Made by a program: the position numbers and the translations under genes. Shown here in pieces: positions 24,048 through 45,357 of a DNA stretch of 64,000 nucleotides; the first letter of the stretch is position 1; every line of letters begins with the position of its first letter. The notes under the pieces are model-generated. The model was given only the letters and a program-made list of their open reading frames with translations, was not told the DNA's origin and did no database searches. The stretch comes from Hormiphora californensis (taxonomy: Eukaryota; Animalia; Ctenophora), in NCBI GenBank assembly GCA_020137815.1, contig CM035350.1, positions 248,001 through 312,000 on the forward strand, read 5' to 3'.

Positions 24048-24901
24048 TCCTCTCTCCCTCCTCCCTTCGTCCTCTCTCTCTCTCTTCCCTCTCTCTATCA
24101 CCCCTCTTCTTATCCCTCTCTTTATCTACATCACTCTCACGAGCACCCCTCCCGCAATTTATCTCACCTGCTGTTGGACCTCGAAGGTGGGCAATTGGGA
24201 AGGTGGGCTGCGCTTACAACTAACATCCCTCATTGAGACTTTCAATAGGGCGATAAGATGCCGACGGATGGGCATTACACAAGTGGAACAACCGCACGAG
24301 AGAAGTGTGGGCCACACTTTGCCCTATGCTCTCTCTCTCTCTGTGTATATGCAACAGGTGGTTACCACTTGATGCACTCCACTCAGGCGCTTGACCTACG
24401 TGTTATTGGCAAAGTTTTATATCCAACTCTTAGAGATCGTAGGCAGCCCAACAAACATTAGTGCAATATCGAGGATAGCAAAGTGGGCATATTCAACCCC
24501 CTCCCTCCCCCCCCACACCCACACACACACTCTCGTCTCTCTCTCTTCGGTGAGGGACCCAACTGTCTCATGGCTGAGAATGTCCAGAGTTGGGAAATGC
24601 ATTTCCTAACCCTGGATGTTCTCAGCCATCAGCCGTTTTCCCATAAATAATTTATTATATCATTTGTATTCATTCAAATGAGGTCCAAGTGCTTTATGGG
24701 ACAATGTACAGAAATATGCAATGTCGGACTTTAAAGTGAGAGTGGACAGAATCAGAATTGGATAAGTTTGTTGGAGGTAGTAGAGATTAGTTTTACGAGC
24801 AGTTTGCCTTTTTGCCACTCAAAATCGACCCATCCAACACAGAGATATTTTTTTATTAACAAGATAGACAACGATATAATGGTACTAAATCAAATAAATT
24901 G

Positions 24902-24943
24902 ACAGAAGCTTTCGAGATCACTGTGTATCACGTCTTCAGCTAT
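24902..24943 (-). ncRNA. Minimal hammerhead motif in PLE pseudo-LTR (second copy ~28341-28382)
   Basis: Reverse complement ATAG-CTGAAGA-C-GTGAT acacagtg ATCTC-GAAA-GC-TT-CTGT; stem I ATAG/CTGT, palindromic AGCT stem III, one mismatch in stem II. Confidence 0.65.
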
Positions 24944-25603
24944 AATGAGAGTGAGGGTGGTAGTCCTTATAAGGGAGGAGAAGAGATAGGTGATCCAGAG
25001 GGAGGAGATGTGGTTAGGAAGGAGAGGTGATCCAGGGAGGGGAGAGAGGGAAGTGATCCAGGGAGGAGAGCAGCTAGGAAGCGGTAGGTGATCCGAACTT
25101 GGAGATGTTGCTGGGTCTAGGACGGAAGGAAGAGGTGATCCGAGGAAGGAGGGAGTTCCACTGAGGATTGATGGCGGGTCCCTTGAGGGTACGGTTGAGT
25201 TCAGGTTTGAAGATGGTAATGGCAGCGTGTTCTAGGAGATCCAAGTGGGAAGAGGATGGAGCAGTAGTTAGGATTTCCGTGTTGTTCCAGCCAACGGTGT
25301 GTGAAGATTTTAGGGCATGTAGGGCAGGGGCGGATTTGATGTTTCCATAGGAATCAGTAGAGTTATCAAGGCGGTGATGGCGCTCGTGTTCCGTGATGCG
25401 AGTAAGAACAGGTCGTTTGGTTTGGCCAATGTAGGAAGCAGGACAGTCCAGACAGGGAATACGGTAGATAACGTTGCACGTTGAAGAAGAGGGAGTAGAG
25501 GATTTGGTACGGGTGAGGGTGTTCCTAATGGAGGTAAAAGAAGAAGAGAAGGATACAGCGATGTTGTAGCGGGTTGAGGATCCTCTTCAGTGGGTTGGCC
25601 AGG

Positions 25604-27673
25604 TCAGGATGATAAGGAAGGGAGAGATCCTGTGGGTGATGCGTTGAGAGTCTCTCCATTCACGGCGAAGTCACCAATAGTGGGTTTCCTGTGTAGTTTA
25701 TCACGTACAGAGTCCATCAGGGTGGTTGTCTCGTGAGGAGGGAATCCATTAGCCAGGCAGATAGAGTAGACGGTGTCGAGTAGAGGAGGGGTAGAGGAGT
25801 TGTATTTCAGGTAGAGGTTGGTGTGGGTAGGTTTCCTGTAGATAGACGTAGAAAGATCAGGGTGGATGAGGACATCAAGATAGGGTAGGTAGCCATCCTT
25901 GGGGTGTTCAATGGTGTACTGGAGGTCAGAAGAGAGGGAGTTGATGTGGTTTAGGAAGGCGGTAGCGTGATCGGCATCTCGGGCGGATCCTATTCCATCG
26001 TCTACAAAGTGTCGGTAAGTGTGAAGGGGGTCGGAGAAGGTATCCAGGGCGTGTTGTTCCAGTTGGGAGGTGCGGATTTCAGATAGGGCTACAGTGAGGG
26101 GTGATCCCATAACTCCACCAGAGGTCTGCTTGTAGAACTTCCCGTCGAATTCAAAGTAGGCATTATCAAGGCAGAAGAGGAGAAGTGTCCGCAAGGTTTG
26201 AGGTGTTAGAGGAGAAGGTAGGAGGTCAGGTTGTTCCTCAAGGCGAGAGATGGCAGTGTCCACGGCAGTGTGCATATCACAGTTGGTGTAGAGGGATACC
26301 ACGTCCAAAGAGAAATAGTAGGGATAGGAAGGGGTGTTGGTAGTAGCGAGATGTTGAACAAAGGCGTTAGAATCCTTGAGACGGATGGAGGAAGAGGTTA
26401 AAGGTTTGAGGATGTTGGAGAGGGTTTTATGGAGAGCAGAGAGAGGGCTGTTGTAGAAGGCAACTATCGGTCGGATGGGTGCGCCAGGTTTGTGGATTTT
26501 TGGTTGGCCGTAGAGTTGAGGATATCGTGGGTTGGTCAGTCGCATACAGGAGCGTAGTTTATCAGACAAGGACCCCTCAGCAACAAGCTTCTTCAGGGTT
26601 CTGTCTAGTTTCCCAGAGATAGAGGAGGTAGGGTCGGAGGGAAGGACTTCATAGGCGTTGGCGGCGTCGATGTGTTGGTAGACTTTATCTAGGTACTGTT
26701 GTTCATCAAGGACTACAGTTGCATTCCCTTTATCAGCAGGAAGGAATCGGAGGGTGTCGCGTTTATCACGGAGGGATTTCAGGGCTAGTCGTTGTTCGGA
26801 GGATAGGTTGTCGTTCCGTTTAGTAGGTTTGTAGGAGGAGAGGACAGTAGTAACTTCGTGTGAGGCTGCAGAGTCCATACCAGAAGGAAGAAGGTTGAGG
26901 GCAGCTTGTAAAGCAGGAGCCATACGGGCAACAGGGTCAGAGATGGTAGTAGGTGAGAATTTCAGGCCCAGAGATAGGACTTCCGTCTCAGATGGAGAGA
27001 GAGTAGTAGATGATAGGTTAATAACGGTTTTAGAGGTATCCAGCGCTGGAGTAGTGGGAGTAGTAGTACGTAGGGGTCCAGAGATGGAGGGAGATGAGAT
27101 GTGGAAGTCTCGAAGTAGGGAATAGGGGTTGGCGGAGGGGGAGTTGTAGTAGCGGAGGAGGTCACCGAATTTCTTCTGGTGAGACGTCATCAGAGAATGG
27201 TGAAGGGAACAGGATTTCTTAGCAGTAAGTGACTGAAAAATGGATTGAAACTGTGTGGACAACAATGGGGTGAGTTTGAGGGCAGTGTTGTTGGCATTGC
27301 GTTCAGTGGATGAATAGGATTTGCGATAGAAGTTCAAACGTTCAGTGACGAGTAGTTCAGATGCTTTATTGATGATATCAGATGCACGAGGTGAGCTAAC
27401 AGGACCGTTTAGGCAAAGGCCTTTCGGAACAAAGTGATGATCACGACATGATTTGAGGAACGAAATGTGGCAAGAGTAGGTGACGAGTTTGGATTGGAGT
27501 TTGGAGTAGGTTTTGGAGAGAGTGACAGCAGCAGGTCCACAGGAGTCGAGTAAGGAATCGGAGAAGGACTGGTGTGTAGTAGTAGGTGGAGTAGGTGAAG
27601 ATGATGGTGGCGGACTGGAGGCTGTACCAGGTTGAGGATGCTCCAGGGAGGGTGTGGGAGTACCAGGATACAT
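25604..27673 (-). pseudogene. PLE reverse transcriptase ORF; internal deletion in the thumb and frameshift before GIY-YIG (~25075-25600)
   Basis: LSLGLKF, PADKGNATVV, LYGQPKIHK, IRPIV, SLDVVSLYTN, QTSGGVMGSPL, HFVDD, LPYLDV, YRKPTHT, ANGFP. Likely native start MYPG at 27673. Confidence 0.9.
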
Positions 27674-27696
27674 TAACAAGATAGACAACGATATAA

Positions 27697-28318
27697 TCAT
27701 ACTATTATTAAAGCAAATAGGGAAATGATGTGTCCCGTTTTTTTAACCAAATATGGCAAATAGTGTTCCTATTTCCTGGAAATTCCTGGAAATGGCCTTT
27801 TGCACGTGTTGTCCCTAGAGGGACCCTGGCAACCTGCCAGCTTGAGCCTTAAACTGCACGTGCATCCTTGATTCATCTCTCTGCCGGTTGTGTGATTGAT
27901 CGTTTGCTCGATTTGATCTGTTCACCACGTTTCGTGAACATGGCTACTCAACTTCAACACAATCGCCAGCGAGTTTGGAGGAGCCATATGTCGCAAACTG
28001 GCGCTGACCCCTATAGACTACGTGATAGAACCCTACAAAAGAGGTGATTATTATTCAAAAAATGTTGTCAACACACGTAATAACAAAGTATCAATGGCAC
28101 TAATAAGAAATGACAGTAATACGTGAAAGTATTTTGCAAATGTGCTCCTTCATAAAATGCTTCAGGACTTGGCAAAAGAGGACCCGTGGTTTTTCTGTCG
28201 AAAGAATCCCTGTGGTCAATTTACTGATTTTAAAAATTTCAAATGATACTACACTATTTGCTTAGTTTACTGTATGACCATCCCCGACATTCGCCCGTAG
28301 GGCGAGCGGGCTTACTAG
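27697..28318 (+). mobile_element. Non-autonomous Helitron (622 bp)
   Basis: 5' TC(ATACTATT) ... hairpin TCGCCCGTAGGGCGA ... CTAG 3'; inserted between A and T with no TSD; empty site ATATAA^TGGTACT seen in the other pLTR at ~24874-24886. Confidence 0.92.
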
Positions 28319-29124
28319 TGGTACTAAATCAAATAAATTGACAGAAGCTTTCGAGATCACTGTGTATCACGTCTTCAGCTATAATGAGAGTGAGGGTGGT
28401 AGTCCTTATAAGGGAGGAGAAGAGATAGGTGATCCAGAGGGAGGAGATGTGGTTAGGAAGGAGAGGTGATCCAGGGAGGGGAGAGAGGTAAGTGATCCAG
28501 GGAGGTGAGCAGCTAGGAAGCGGTAGGTGATCCGAACTTGGAGATGTTGCTGGGTCTAGGACGGAAGGAAGAGGTGACCCGAGAAAGGAGGGAGTTCCAC
28601 TGAGGATTGATGGCGGGTCCCTTGAGGGTACGGTTGAGTTCAGGTTTGAGGATGGTAATGGCAGCGTGTTCTAGGAGATCCAAGTGGGAAGAGGATGGAG
28701 CAGTAGTTAGGATTTCCGTGTTGTTCCAGCCAATGGTGTGTGAAGATTTTAGGGCATGTAGGGCAGGGGCGGATTTGATGTTTCCATAGGAATCAGTAGA
28801 GTTATCAAGGCGGTGATGGCGCTCGTGTTCCGTGATGCGAGTAAGAACAGGTCGTTTGGTTTGGCCAATGTAGGAAGCAGGACAGTCCAGACAGGGAATA
28901 CGGTAGATAACGTTGCACGTTGAAGAAGAGGGAGTAGAGGATTTGGTACGGGTGAGGGTGTTCCTAATGGAGGTAGAAGAAGAAGAGAAGGATACAGCGA
29001 TGTTGTAGCGGTTGAGGATGAGATATTTTTGTTACTATCGGGGAATTTCTGCTGGATCAATATTTATCAAACAGGATAGAAACAATCCTTGTGTTTTACT
29101 AAAAAATTCTATAAATTTTTAATA

Positions 29125-29631
29125 CTAGTAGGCCCGTTCGCCCTACGGGCGAATTTCGGGGAAATGGTAGCTGGATTAGGATTCCTGACAATGTCAAGGT
29201 GTGAATTAAGAGATCAATGTCATGGAGGTGTAGTGCTGTTCCAGAAACTCATCACGTGAAAACTTGGGCGCTATGTAGCCAATTCGGAGATTTCTACGGT
29301 TGGAGTAATCACCCTTGGGCGACGTTGGGTAAAGCTATCAGTAGTCGTTGATTGGCTCGCTTGAACACGTTGGCGTAATTTGTCATATTCTCTAGCCTGC
29401 TCCCTGACAGCAGCAGTTCTCCTGGACCTAGATAAACGTTGCCGAATAGCGCTTGGGGTGGAAGAGCTAGACATCAGGACAGAAGTAAAAGAATGCACGT
29501 GCAGAATTGAATTTCCCCTTGGTACCCAACTGCAACCGGGAGAGAGGTCTCCAGGTCCCTCTAATAATTGCACGTGCAAGTGTAGTTGCTAGGTGATGTG
29601 TGTCACACAATTTGCTTAGTAAGTAGTATGA
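29125..29631 (-). mobile_element. Non-autonomous Helitron of a related family (507 bp)
   Basis: Minus strand 5' TCATACTACTTACTAAGCAAAT ... TTCGCCCGTAGGGCGAACGGGCCTACTAG 3', A^T target. Confidence 0.88.
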
Positions 29632-30641
29632 TACTGAATTGCATTGCTCTGCTTCTGTGCATGGACATGTCAACCTCACTGCTTATATTCAGAATGTGTT
29701 AGTAAAACACGACGATCGTTTTTATCCTGTTTGTTACATACTGATTAAACAGGAATTCCCCGAGAGTAACAAAAATATCTCTGTGTTGGATGGGTCAATT
29801 TTGAGCGGCAAAAAGGCAAAATGCTCATAGAACTAATATCTACAACCTCCAACAAACTTGTCCAATTCTGATTCTGTCCACTCTCACTTTAAACAAGATA
29901 GTTGACGGACAAGAAAGATAACCTAAATCATGATGCGAAAGAGGTAAAACACGAGGGGTATAACAGATGAGGACAGGTGTGTTTTACAACAGGCTCGGTA
30001 TTCAACACAACTATAAAACCAGCTTTAGACAGTGTCTCCTACACATCTAACAGAAGGAGACTGCAAGTATATGAATATCCGTCACACCATTCAGCAAAGG
30101 GGGAACTACACAGTAGGAACTATATTTCTTGTACACCGAGCTAGGGAATTCAAGAGGAATGCTTGTGTGCGTTTTAGGGTGATTCTATTCTAGTGTATTA
30201 GACACTGTATTTAAAGACTTGGAGCAACAAAAATAGTTATTGTATGGGATATGGCGGGGGAGATAGTGAGAGATATAAGATATAGATAGAGAGAGGGTAG
30301 GGACTTGGGGAAGCTTGAGCCTTCAAGTGTCAGCACATTCCAACAAAAGAGTGTGTAACACGCTGCGAGGTCATATTGCACTTTATATGCAAGAAAAGAG
30401 AGGGAACGCATAGAGGGGAGAGAGATAAAGTGAGAGAGGGAGAGAGAGCCTTTGTAGAAGAGAGTACTTTTGATACTTTTGAGAGTGGTGAGAACTGGAA
30501 AGTGGAAATTAATCACACTCAAGTTATGTAGCAAGTGAGAAAGTGGTCAATGATTGAAAACTACGGCAGACGTTAGAGGTTAGACTATGATAATACATTG
30601 ATATTGTATATGTACTATGCAGTGAATGAATAAATTATACC

Positions 30642-30704
30642 TTGTCTTGTCGTACGGTGTCTTCGACCTCTCTGTTCTTTGCAGCCAAAGATGCTTCTTC
30701 AACC
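30642..30704 (-). CDS. Putative small internal exon (VEEASLAAKNREVEDTVRQDK), repeated at ~16263-16326 and ~22000-22062
   Basis: ccacccag|GTT GAA ... GAC AAG|gtataa, phase 0, open; same strand as the CARMIL gene. Another candidate exon (FVSVFEMMQAIRRYLKECCDSVRDRINTLFS|gtatgt) lies at ~31223-31315. Confidence 0.45.
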
Positions 30705-31355
30705 TGGGTGGGTAAGGAGATTAGATACTGGGATAGTGGGGTGTTCAACTTGTGCTCTAGAAGTTTAGATACTGGGATAGTGGAGTGTTCAACTTGTGCT
30801 CTAGAAGTTTAGATACTGGGATAGTGGGGTGTTCAACTTGTACTCTAGAAGTTTAGATACTGGGATAGTGGGGTGTTCAACTTGTGCTCTAGAAGTTTAG
30901 ATACTGGGATAGTGGAGTGTTCAACTTGTGCTCTAGAAGTTTACTACAATGGTGTGGGGTATCTAGGTCAAATCTAGCAACTAAACAATATGAAATTGAC
31001 GTGTCAGCCAATTAACTGGATGTGAACCGATCTAAGAAAGTTAACTCCAGTGCTATAAGACCCATGGAAGGAGGGCGGCAGTGCTCAAGTGGCATAACGA
31101 CGCGTGGTGTAACACAGATAGGAAAGGCTGCATGCACGTGAGGATATCTTTGAAACTTGATGACCTGGGCAATTATAGGTACAGTATCTCCAAACTCATC
31201 AACAACCCCCGGGCAACATACAGAGAAGAGGGTGTTTATCCGGTCTCGAACTGAGTCACAACACTCCTTAAGGTATCTTCGGATGGCTTGCATCATTTCA
31301 AATACACTCACAAACTATACACACACAACTTGTCGTGTGAGTGAAAGAGAGGGAC

Positions 31356-31430
<75 letters not shown>

Positions 31431-31541
31431 AAAGAGAGACTTGTTGTATGCGTGTCAAGCATACTTCGCCAATCTCTATATTTTCCTCTCTCTTAACTCC
31501 CCACTAGGCAGCTTTCCTTTTCAATCTTTCTCTCTCTCTCT

Positions 31542-31697
<156 letters not shown>

Positions 31698-31899
31698 TTT
31701 TTTTTGGGGCACTAAGCTAAGGTGTACCAAGTCCTCTACCTCCCTGGTAGCGACGGCATAACCCGGAATCCCACCTTGCAACTACTCTCGAAAGTATCCA
31801 ATTAGGGAAACGAGGTAGCCTTGTGCATAGGGGGCCCAACGCTTGGTCAAATGTCTGTCGTCATGAACAGGTCCGCCAGAGAGTGCTCACTCTATTAGA

Positions 31900-34872
<2,973 letters not shown>

Positions 34873-35621
34873 TCTCTCTCTCAATCCCTCTCCTTCTTCC
34901 TCTCTTTATCTCCATCTCTCTCACGACACACTCCCGCAATTTATCTCACCTGCTGTTGGACTCGAAGGTGGGCAATTGGGGAAGGTGGGCTGTCACAACT
35001 AACATCCTCATTGAGACTTTCAAATCGGGCGATAAGATGACGGATGGGCATAACAAAAGGGGAACAACCGCACGAGAGAAGTGTGGGCCACACTTGCCAG
35101 GCCTCTCTCTCTCTCTCCGTGTGTATATCACACAGGTGGTACACACTTGATGCACTCACACTCAGGGCGCTGACTAGCGTGTTATTGGCAAAGTTTTATA
35201 TCCAACTCTTAGAGATAGAGGCACGCAACAAAATTAGTGAATATATCGAGGAATAGAAATGGGCATATTCAACCCCCTCCCCCCCCCACACACACACACA
35301 CTCTCTCTCTCTCTCTCTCTTTCTTATATTTAGTTGCTGAGACAATAAAGATAGCGAACAAAAGTTGCGGAAACTATTCCACACCCACACAGCTATAAGT
35401 TTACCTTGCGGGCATGGGATGATAGCTTTTCAACCATAGAATCCACTACTGTTCCAGAAATCTTAGTCTCCGCTGTTAACATGCACTTCCTGAAAGGGAT
35501 GTGTGTAGATATCGGGGGGGGGGGGGGGGGGGGGGGGCGGGGGTATTACTTTTAGTTATTCCAGGGGCTGCGATCTAATGTGGGGGAATCATAGCTGGGA
35601 ACAAATCGAGCATGTTCCCTC

Positions 35622-36376
35622 GGGGGGGTCGTCACCTTTTTTTTGCCCACATTTGCCCACATTTGCCCACATGGGCAAACTGAAATCTCAAAAAACAGGT
35701 ATAATGTGGGCAAAGTGGGCAAAAAGTGGGCAAAAATATTATAAGCATCAAAACTTTACCAGAAAACCCTCTGTGACAAATGTTTTTCACCTCCAATGTC
35801 TTCCAAGAGGTCCCCTCTATCGATTCCAACCGATAATTAATGTACTTACTTATGACTTAGGGTTGATAAGGCTCCATGTCCGACTGGACAAAAGTGGGCA
35901 AAAATTTTTGGCAAAATTAGGCAAAGGCCAGTGATTTTTCGTCATTTTGGGGCTATTTAGGGAACTGATACATAACAAAGGTTTTCCACTTGCATTGTAC
36001 TCCAATGGGGTCCCAGAAAAACCAGAAAAATTTTCCACTCCAATTATGTGAGAAACGTGCCTAAAATGACCAATTTTCCTAATTTTACCAACATATTTTG
36101 CCCATTTTTCCCAGTTGGATATGGAGCCTTATCAACCCTGAGCAAATAAATTATCGGTTGGAATCGATAGGGGGAACCTCTAGGAGGACATTAGTGGTGA
36201 AAAACCTTTGTCACAGACGATTACCTGGTTGATAGCATATATTTTTTATGGATTTAATTTTTTTTGCCTACTTTTGCCTACTTTTGCCCACTTTTGCCCA
36301 CTTTTGCCCATGTGGGCAAATTCAAAATTTAAGAATAATGTGGGCAGTGGGCAAAAAAAAAGGTGACGTACCCCCC
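35622..36376. mobile_element. MITE with G-rich TIRs and 8-bp TSD GTTCCCTC (MULE-like; superfamily uncertain)
   Basis: GGGGGGGTCGTCACCTTTTTTTTGCCCAC ... GTGGGCAAAAAAAAAGGTGACGTACCCCCC; TSD at 35614-35621 and 36377-36384; empty site CATGTTCCCTCAATCAC near 19330. Confidence 0.88.
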
Positions 36377-36641
36377 GTTCCCTCAATCACAGTATGATCA
36401 TCTGAAACCAAGTTCTTGTTCTATTCCATAATGCCGGTAAAGTGCAGGGCCCTTCAGCTGATCTACAAGTGTGCTTATCAAAGGAAAGGAGCTGATTATA
36501 GTGAAACATGATAAGGGTGCCCACCTGTCTCACAGCTGCTACGTTCTATGTTGAGAGGATGTTGAAGGACGGACACACAGTTCATTTACAATGATGGTTT
36601 ATTGTATCACTATCACCCTGATAAATCAGGTTTGTGATATG

Positions 36642-37729
36642 GAATTAAAACAGGAATTAAATTAAACAGGAATTAAACATTATACATCTATAATGGCACT
36701 TCATTGTCAGATGAGATTTAAAAAAATAAATTAAATAAAAATGCTAAGGTGTTTAAAAGTTAAATTTAAAGTTAATATTGTTAGGCAAAATTGACACGCT
36801 CGGGTAAAAAAGGAAAACATAGGTGAAGGGAATAAATAAATAATAAAAATATACATAATAAAAAGGCTAAAAAGCGTAAAGTGGTCAACAAGGGCAGGGA
36901 TAAGGATTACAGGGGGGTAAAAAGTGGGAGCGATATAAAATAGAAAACGTAAAGTAGTAAAAAAAGAACAAGTCTCGAAGAAAAATAAATCTAAGGGGGA
37001 CGGGTAAAAAATGCAGTAGGCAGGCAAAAGACACACATATGACACACATAAAAAAATGAGAGAGTTCGTGAGGTAATTCTTGGTGCTAGCAACCCTGGAC
37101 TTTCAAGAAAACAGTGCTGGGGTTGAGTATGCTCAACTAGGGTTGTTTTAAGGTTATCAAAATTGGATTGGATTGCCGTAATGGAATCCATATCCTAACG
37201 GGATGTTGAGAGTACTCAACGATTCGGTGGGTATTACCCACTGACTGGGTAAAGCAGATTCGGTGGGGTTGAGTAAGCTCACGCAGCTCAACGAAGGTGG
37301 AAGGTATTACTTGATTAGTATCCATAACCTACCAGTTGGTTGAGAATGCTCAACGTTTCAATGAGAATCAATATGATCACCTCAAAGGATAAATAGATAT
37401 TGGATTGGATTCCATTGGAATCCATATCCTAACGGGGTGTTGAGAGGGCTCAACGTTTCAGTGGGGGTTGATAGATGGACCCATGTCTCTGGTGAATTCC
37501 TGTCTTCGTCATCAGCCGACGGTTAAAAGAGGTGTCTGAGTCTGACCACGGCTAGCCGCCCTGGACTTTCTGGAAAGTGGTGCTGGGGTTGAGTATGCTC
37601 AACTGGGGTTGTTTAATGAAAGTTGGATTGGATTGCCGTAATGGAATCCATATCCTAACGGGGTGTTGGGAGTGCTCAATGTTTCGGTGGGAATTGATAG
37701 ATGAGCCCGTATCTTTGATGAATTCCTGT
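36642..37729 (-). mobile_element. Retroelement 3' remnant (PLE-like) with tandem partial repeats
   Basis: Absent from copy A; flanked by TGATATG; three copies of a GGAATCCATATCCTAACGGG block; minus strand reads QEFIKDTGSSINSHR.., resembling a GIY-YIG C-terminus. Confidence 0.5.
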
Positions 37730-38177
37730 CTGATATGTGATCAGAGTGTTTGCATGCAAGTTACCCTGGATCAAGTCTAATTACCCAATGGGTAATTATG
37801 GTATTGGGAGATGTGATCCAAGGAGCTAATAATGGAGTGACTGTTAGCGCCATCTCATTGATCCATGTACACATGAGACGGATCTAACAGGCGCCATGTT
37901 GATACACATCTTGGTGAACATGTTGACAAGATGTAGGGGTATATAATGGACCGGAACCCTGGATCAGTTACCAACTTTGTTTTCCAACAACGATCCTCTG
38001 CAACAACACCCAACGACGATCCTCTGCAACAAATCCTGTAAAACAACGATCCTATACAACAAATCCTGTAAAACAACGATCCTCTGCAACAACACCCAAC
38101 AAATCCTGTAAAACATCACCCAGCAACACTCTGCAACAACTGCATCACCCAGTTCTACAAATCACTACTTCTCGACT

Positions 38178-38876
38178 ATGGACAGGATGCCACTGGGATA
38201 CAACATGGGCAATGGAAACCCCAACATACCACAAAACGGTAATGGTCCTAAACTGATGAGACCTTCTCTCTCTCTATCTCTATCTCTCTCTTTCTCTGGC
38301 ACCTATATCTCATTTCTTGCAAGTAAGTTCCTGTTATTTAATCGTAAAACTTCCATATTAGGCTACTCAAGAAGCGTTAGGAGCAACTGTTATCCTACAA
38401 TTCTATCTCCATCTCTACCATCCCTACCATCTCTACCCCCTGCCTGCTGGGAACCCCCTACTGCAGAGAAGAGGCTTCTAGTAAACGCACGACAGAGGTA
38501 AAACTATTGAAAATTAGATAGCTTTGTCATCACATGTGGGATAAGAGCTGCAATTATAAGAGTGGGCGGTACATTGATAGTTATATTTATCTATCTCACT
38601 CTCTCTGTCTTCAGGAGTCGTGTACAAAATATGAACGAGGCATTCCGGATGCTGAAACAAAAAGTTCCTGGTCTTGATGATGAGGAGAAGACCTTCTCAA
38701 AATTGGAGGTGTTACAATGTACCATATCCTATTTGAAGCACCTGTGTCTAGTACTGGGGGTACACTGCAACCACCAGAATGGACAGTGTGAACAGAGTGC
38801 CACCCTAGAGAGGAGGTTCGTGGGACATGGAGGTACCGTCAAGAAGAGGAAGAGGGACGAAATGGAGTTTTATTAA
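38178..38876 (+). CDS. Group A (atonal/twist superfamily-like) bHLH transcription factor; exons ~38178-38238, 38362-38497, 38615-38876
   Basis: Spliced KRLLVNARQR|SRVQNMNEAFRMLKQKVPGLDDEEKTFSKLEVLQCTISYLKHL fits basic-helix1-loop-helix2. Start codon uncertain. Confidence 0.85.
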
Positions 38877-38946
38877 ATAGAGAATAGCATTGTCAATATA
38901 TCACTAAATTTAACTTTTTTACATTAAATTAGTTGTTTAAACTCAC

Positions 38947-44959
<6,013 letters not shown>

Positions 44960-45357
44960 CCTAGAACCTAGTGATACACTAGAAAACAAGATGTTACAGT
45001 TACACACTGCCCATGGGAATAGTAACACACTGCCCATAACATGGAATAGTAACACACTGCCCATAACATGGAGGGGACAACGGGGTAACCCGTTTGAACA
45101 CTGAAGGCGGCTTTGACCTGGGGGTGTGGGTCGGCGCTCGGGTTGTCGGTGTGTGGGCGCCAAGGGGAGATCCTACGGAAATAAGGGCTAGCTGATCCCC
45201 AACGTCAGCAGTGTGGATGGAAGTACGGAGGTACATATACACACACACACACATGGGAATAGTAACACACTGCCCAAAACACACTGCCCAAAACAAGAAG
45301 AAAGAATGGAGGAAATTGGAACGCTATTTTACATGTAATTTATTCAAACTTTACAAA

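Larger units (their letters stand above)
24853..29019 (-). mobile_element. Penelope-like retroelement with direct-repeat pseudo-LTRs (~24856-25580 and ~27672-29019)
   Basis: RT ORF plus GIY-YIG (NVIYRIPCLDCPASYIGQTKR..RITEH) present in both repeats; flanked by GAGATATTTTT (24842-24852 and 29020-29030). Confidence 0.9.
24735..29888. mobile_element. Kolobok-like foldback MITE with TTAA TSD, split by nested insertions
   Basis: TTAA-AGTGAGAGTGGACAGAATCAGAATTGG ... CCAATTCTGATTCTGTCCACTCTCACT-TTAA; long imperfect TIRs; empty site GGACTTTAAACAAG at ~15486-15499. Confidence 0.8.

Noticed and set aside
37495-37520. CTGATGA on the minus strand as another hammerhead
   Set aside because: No stem II and no GAAA follow.
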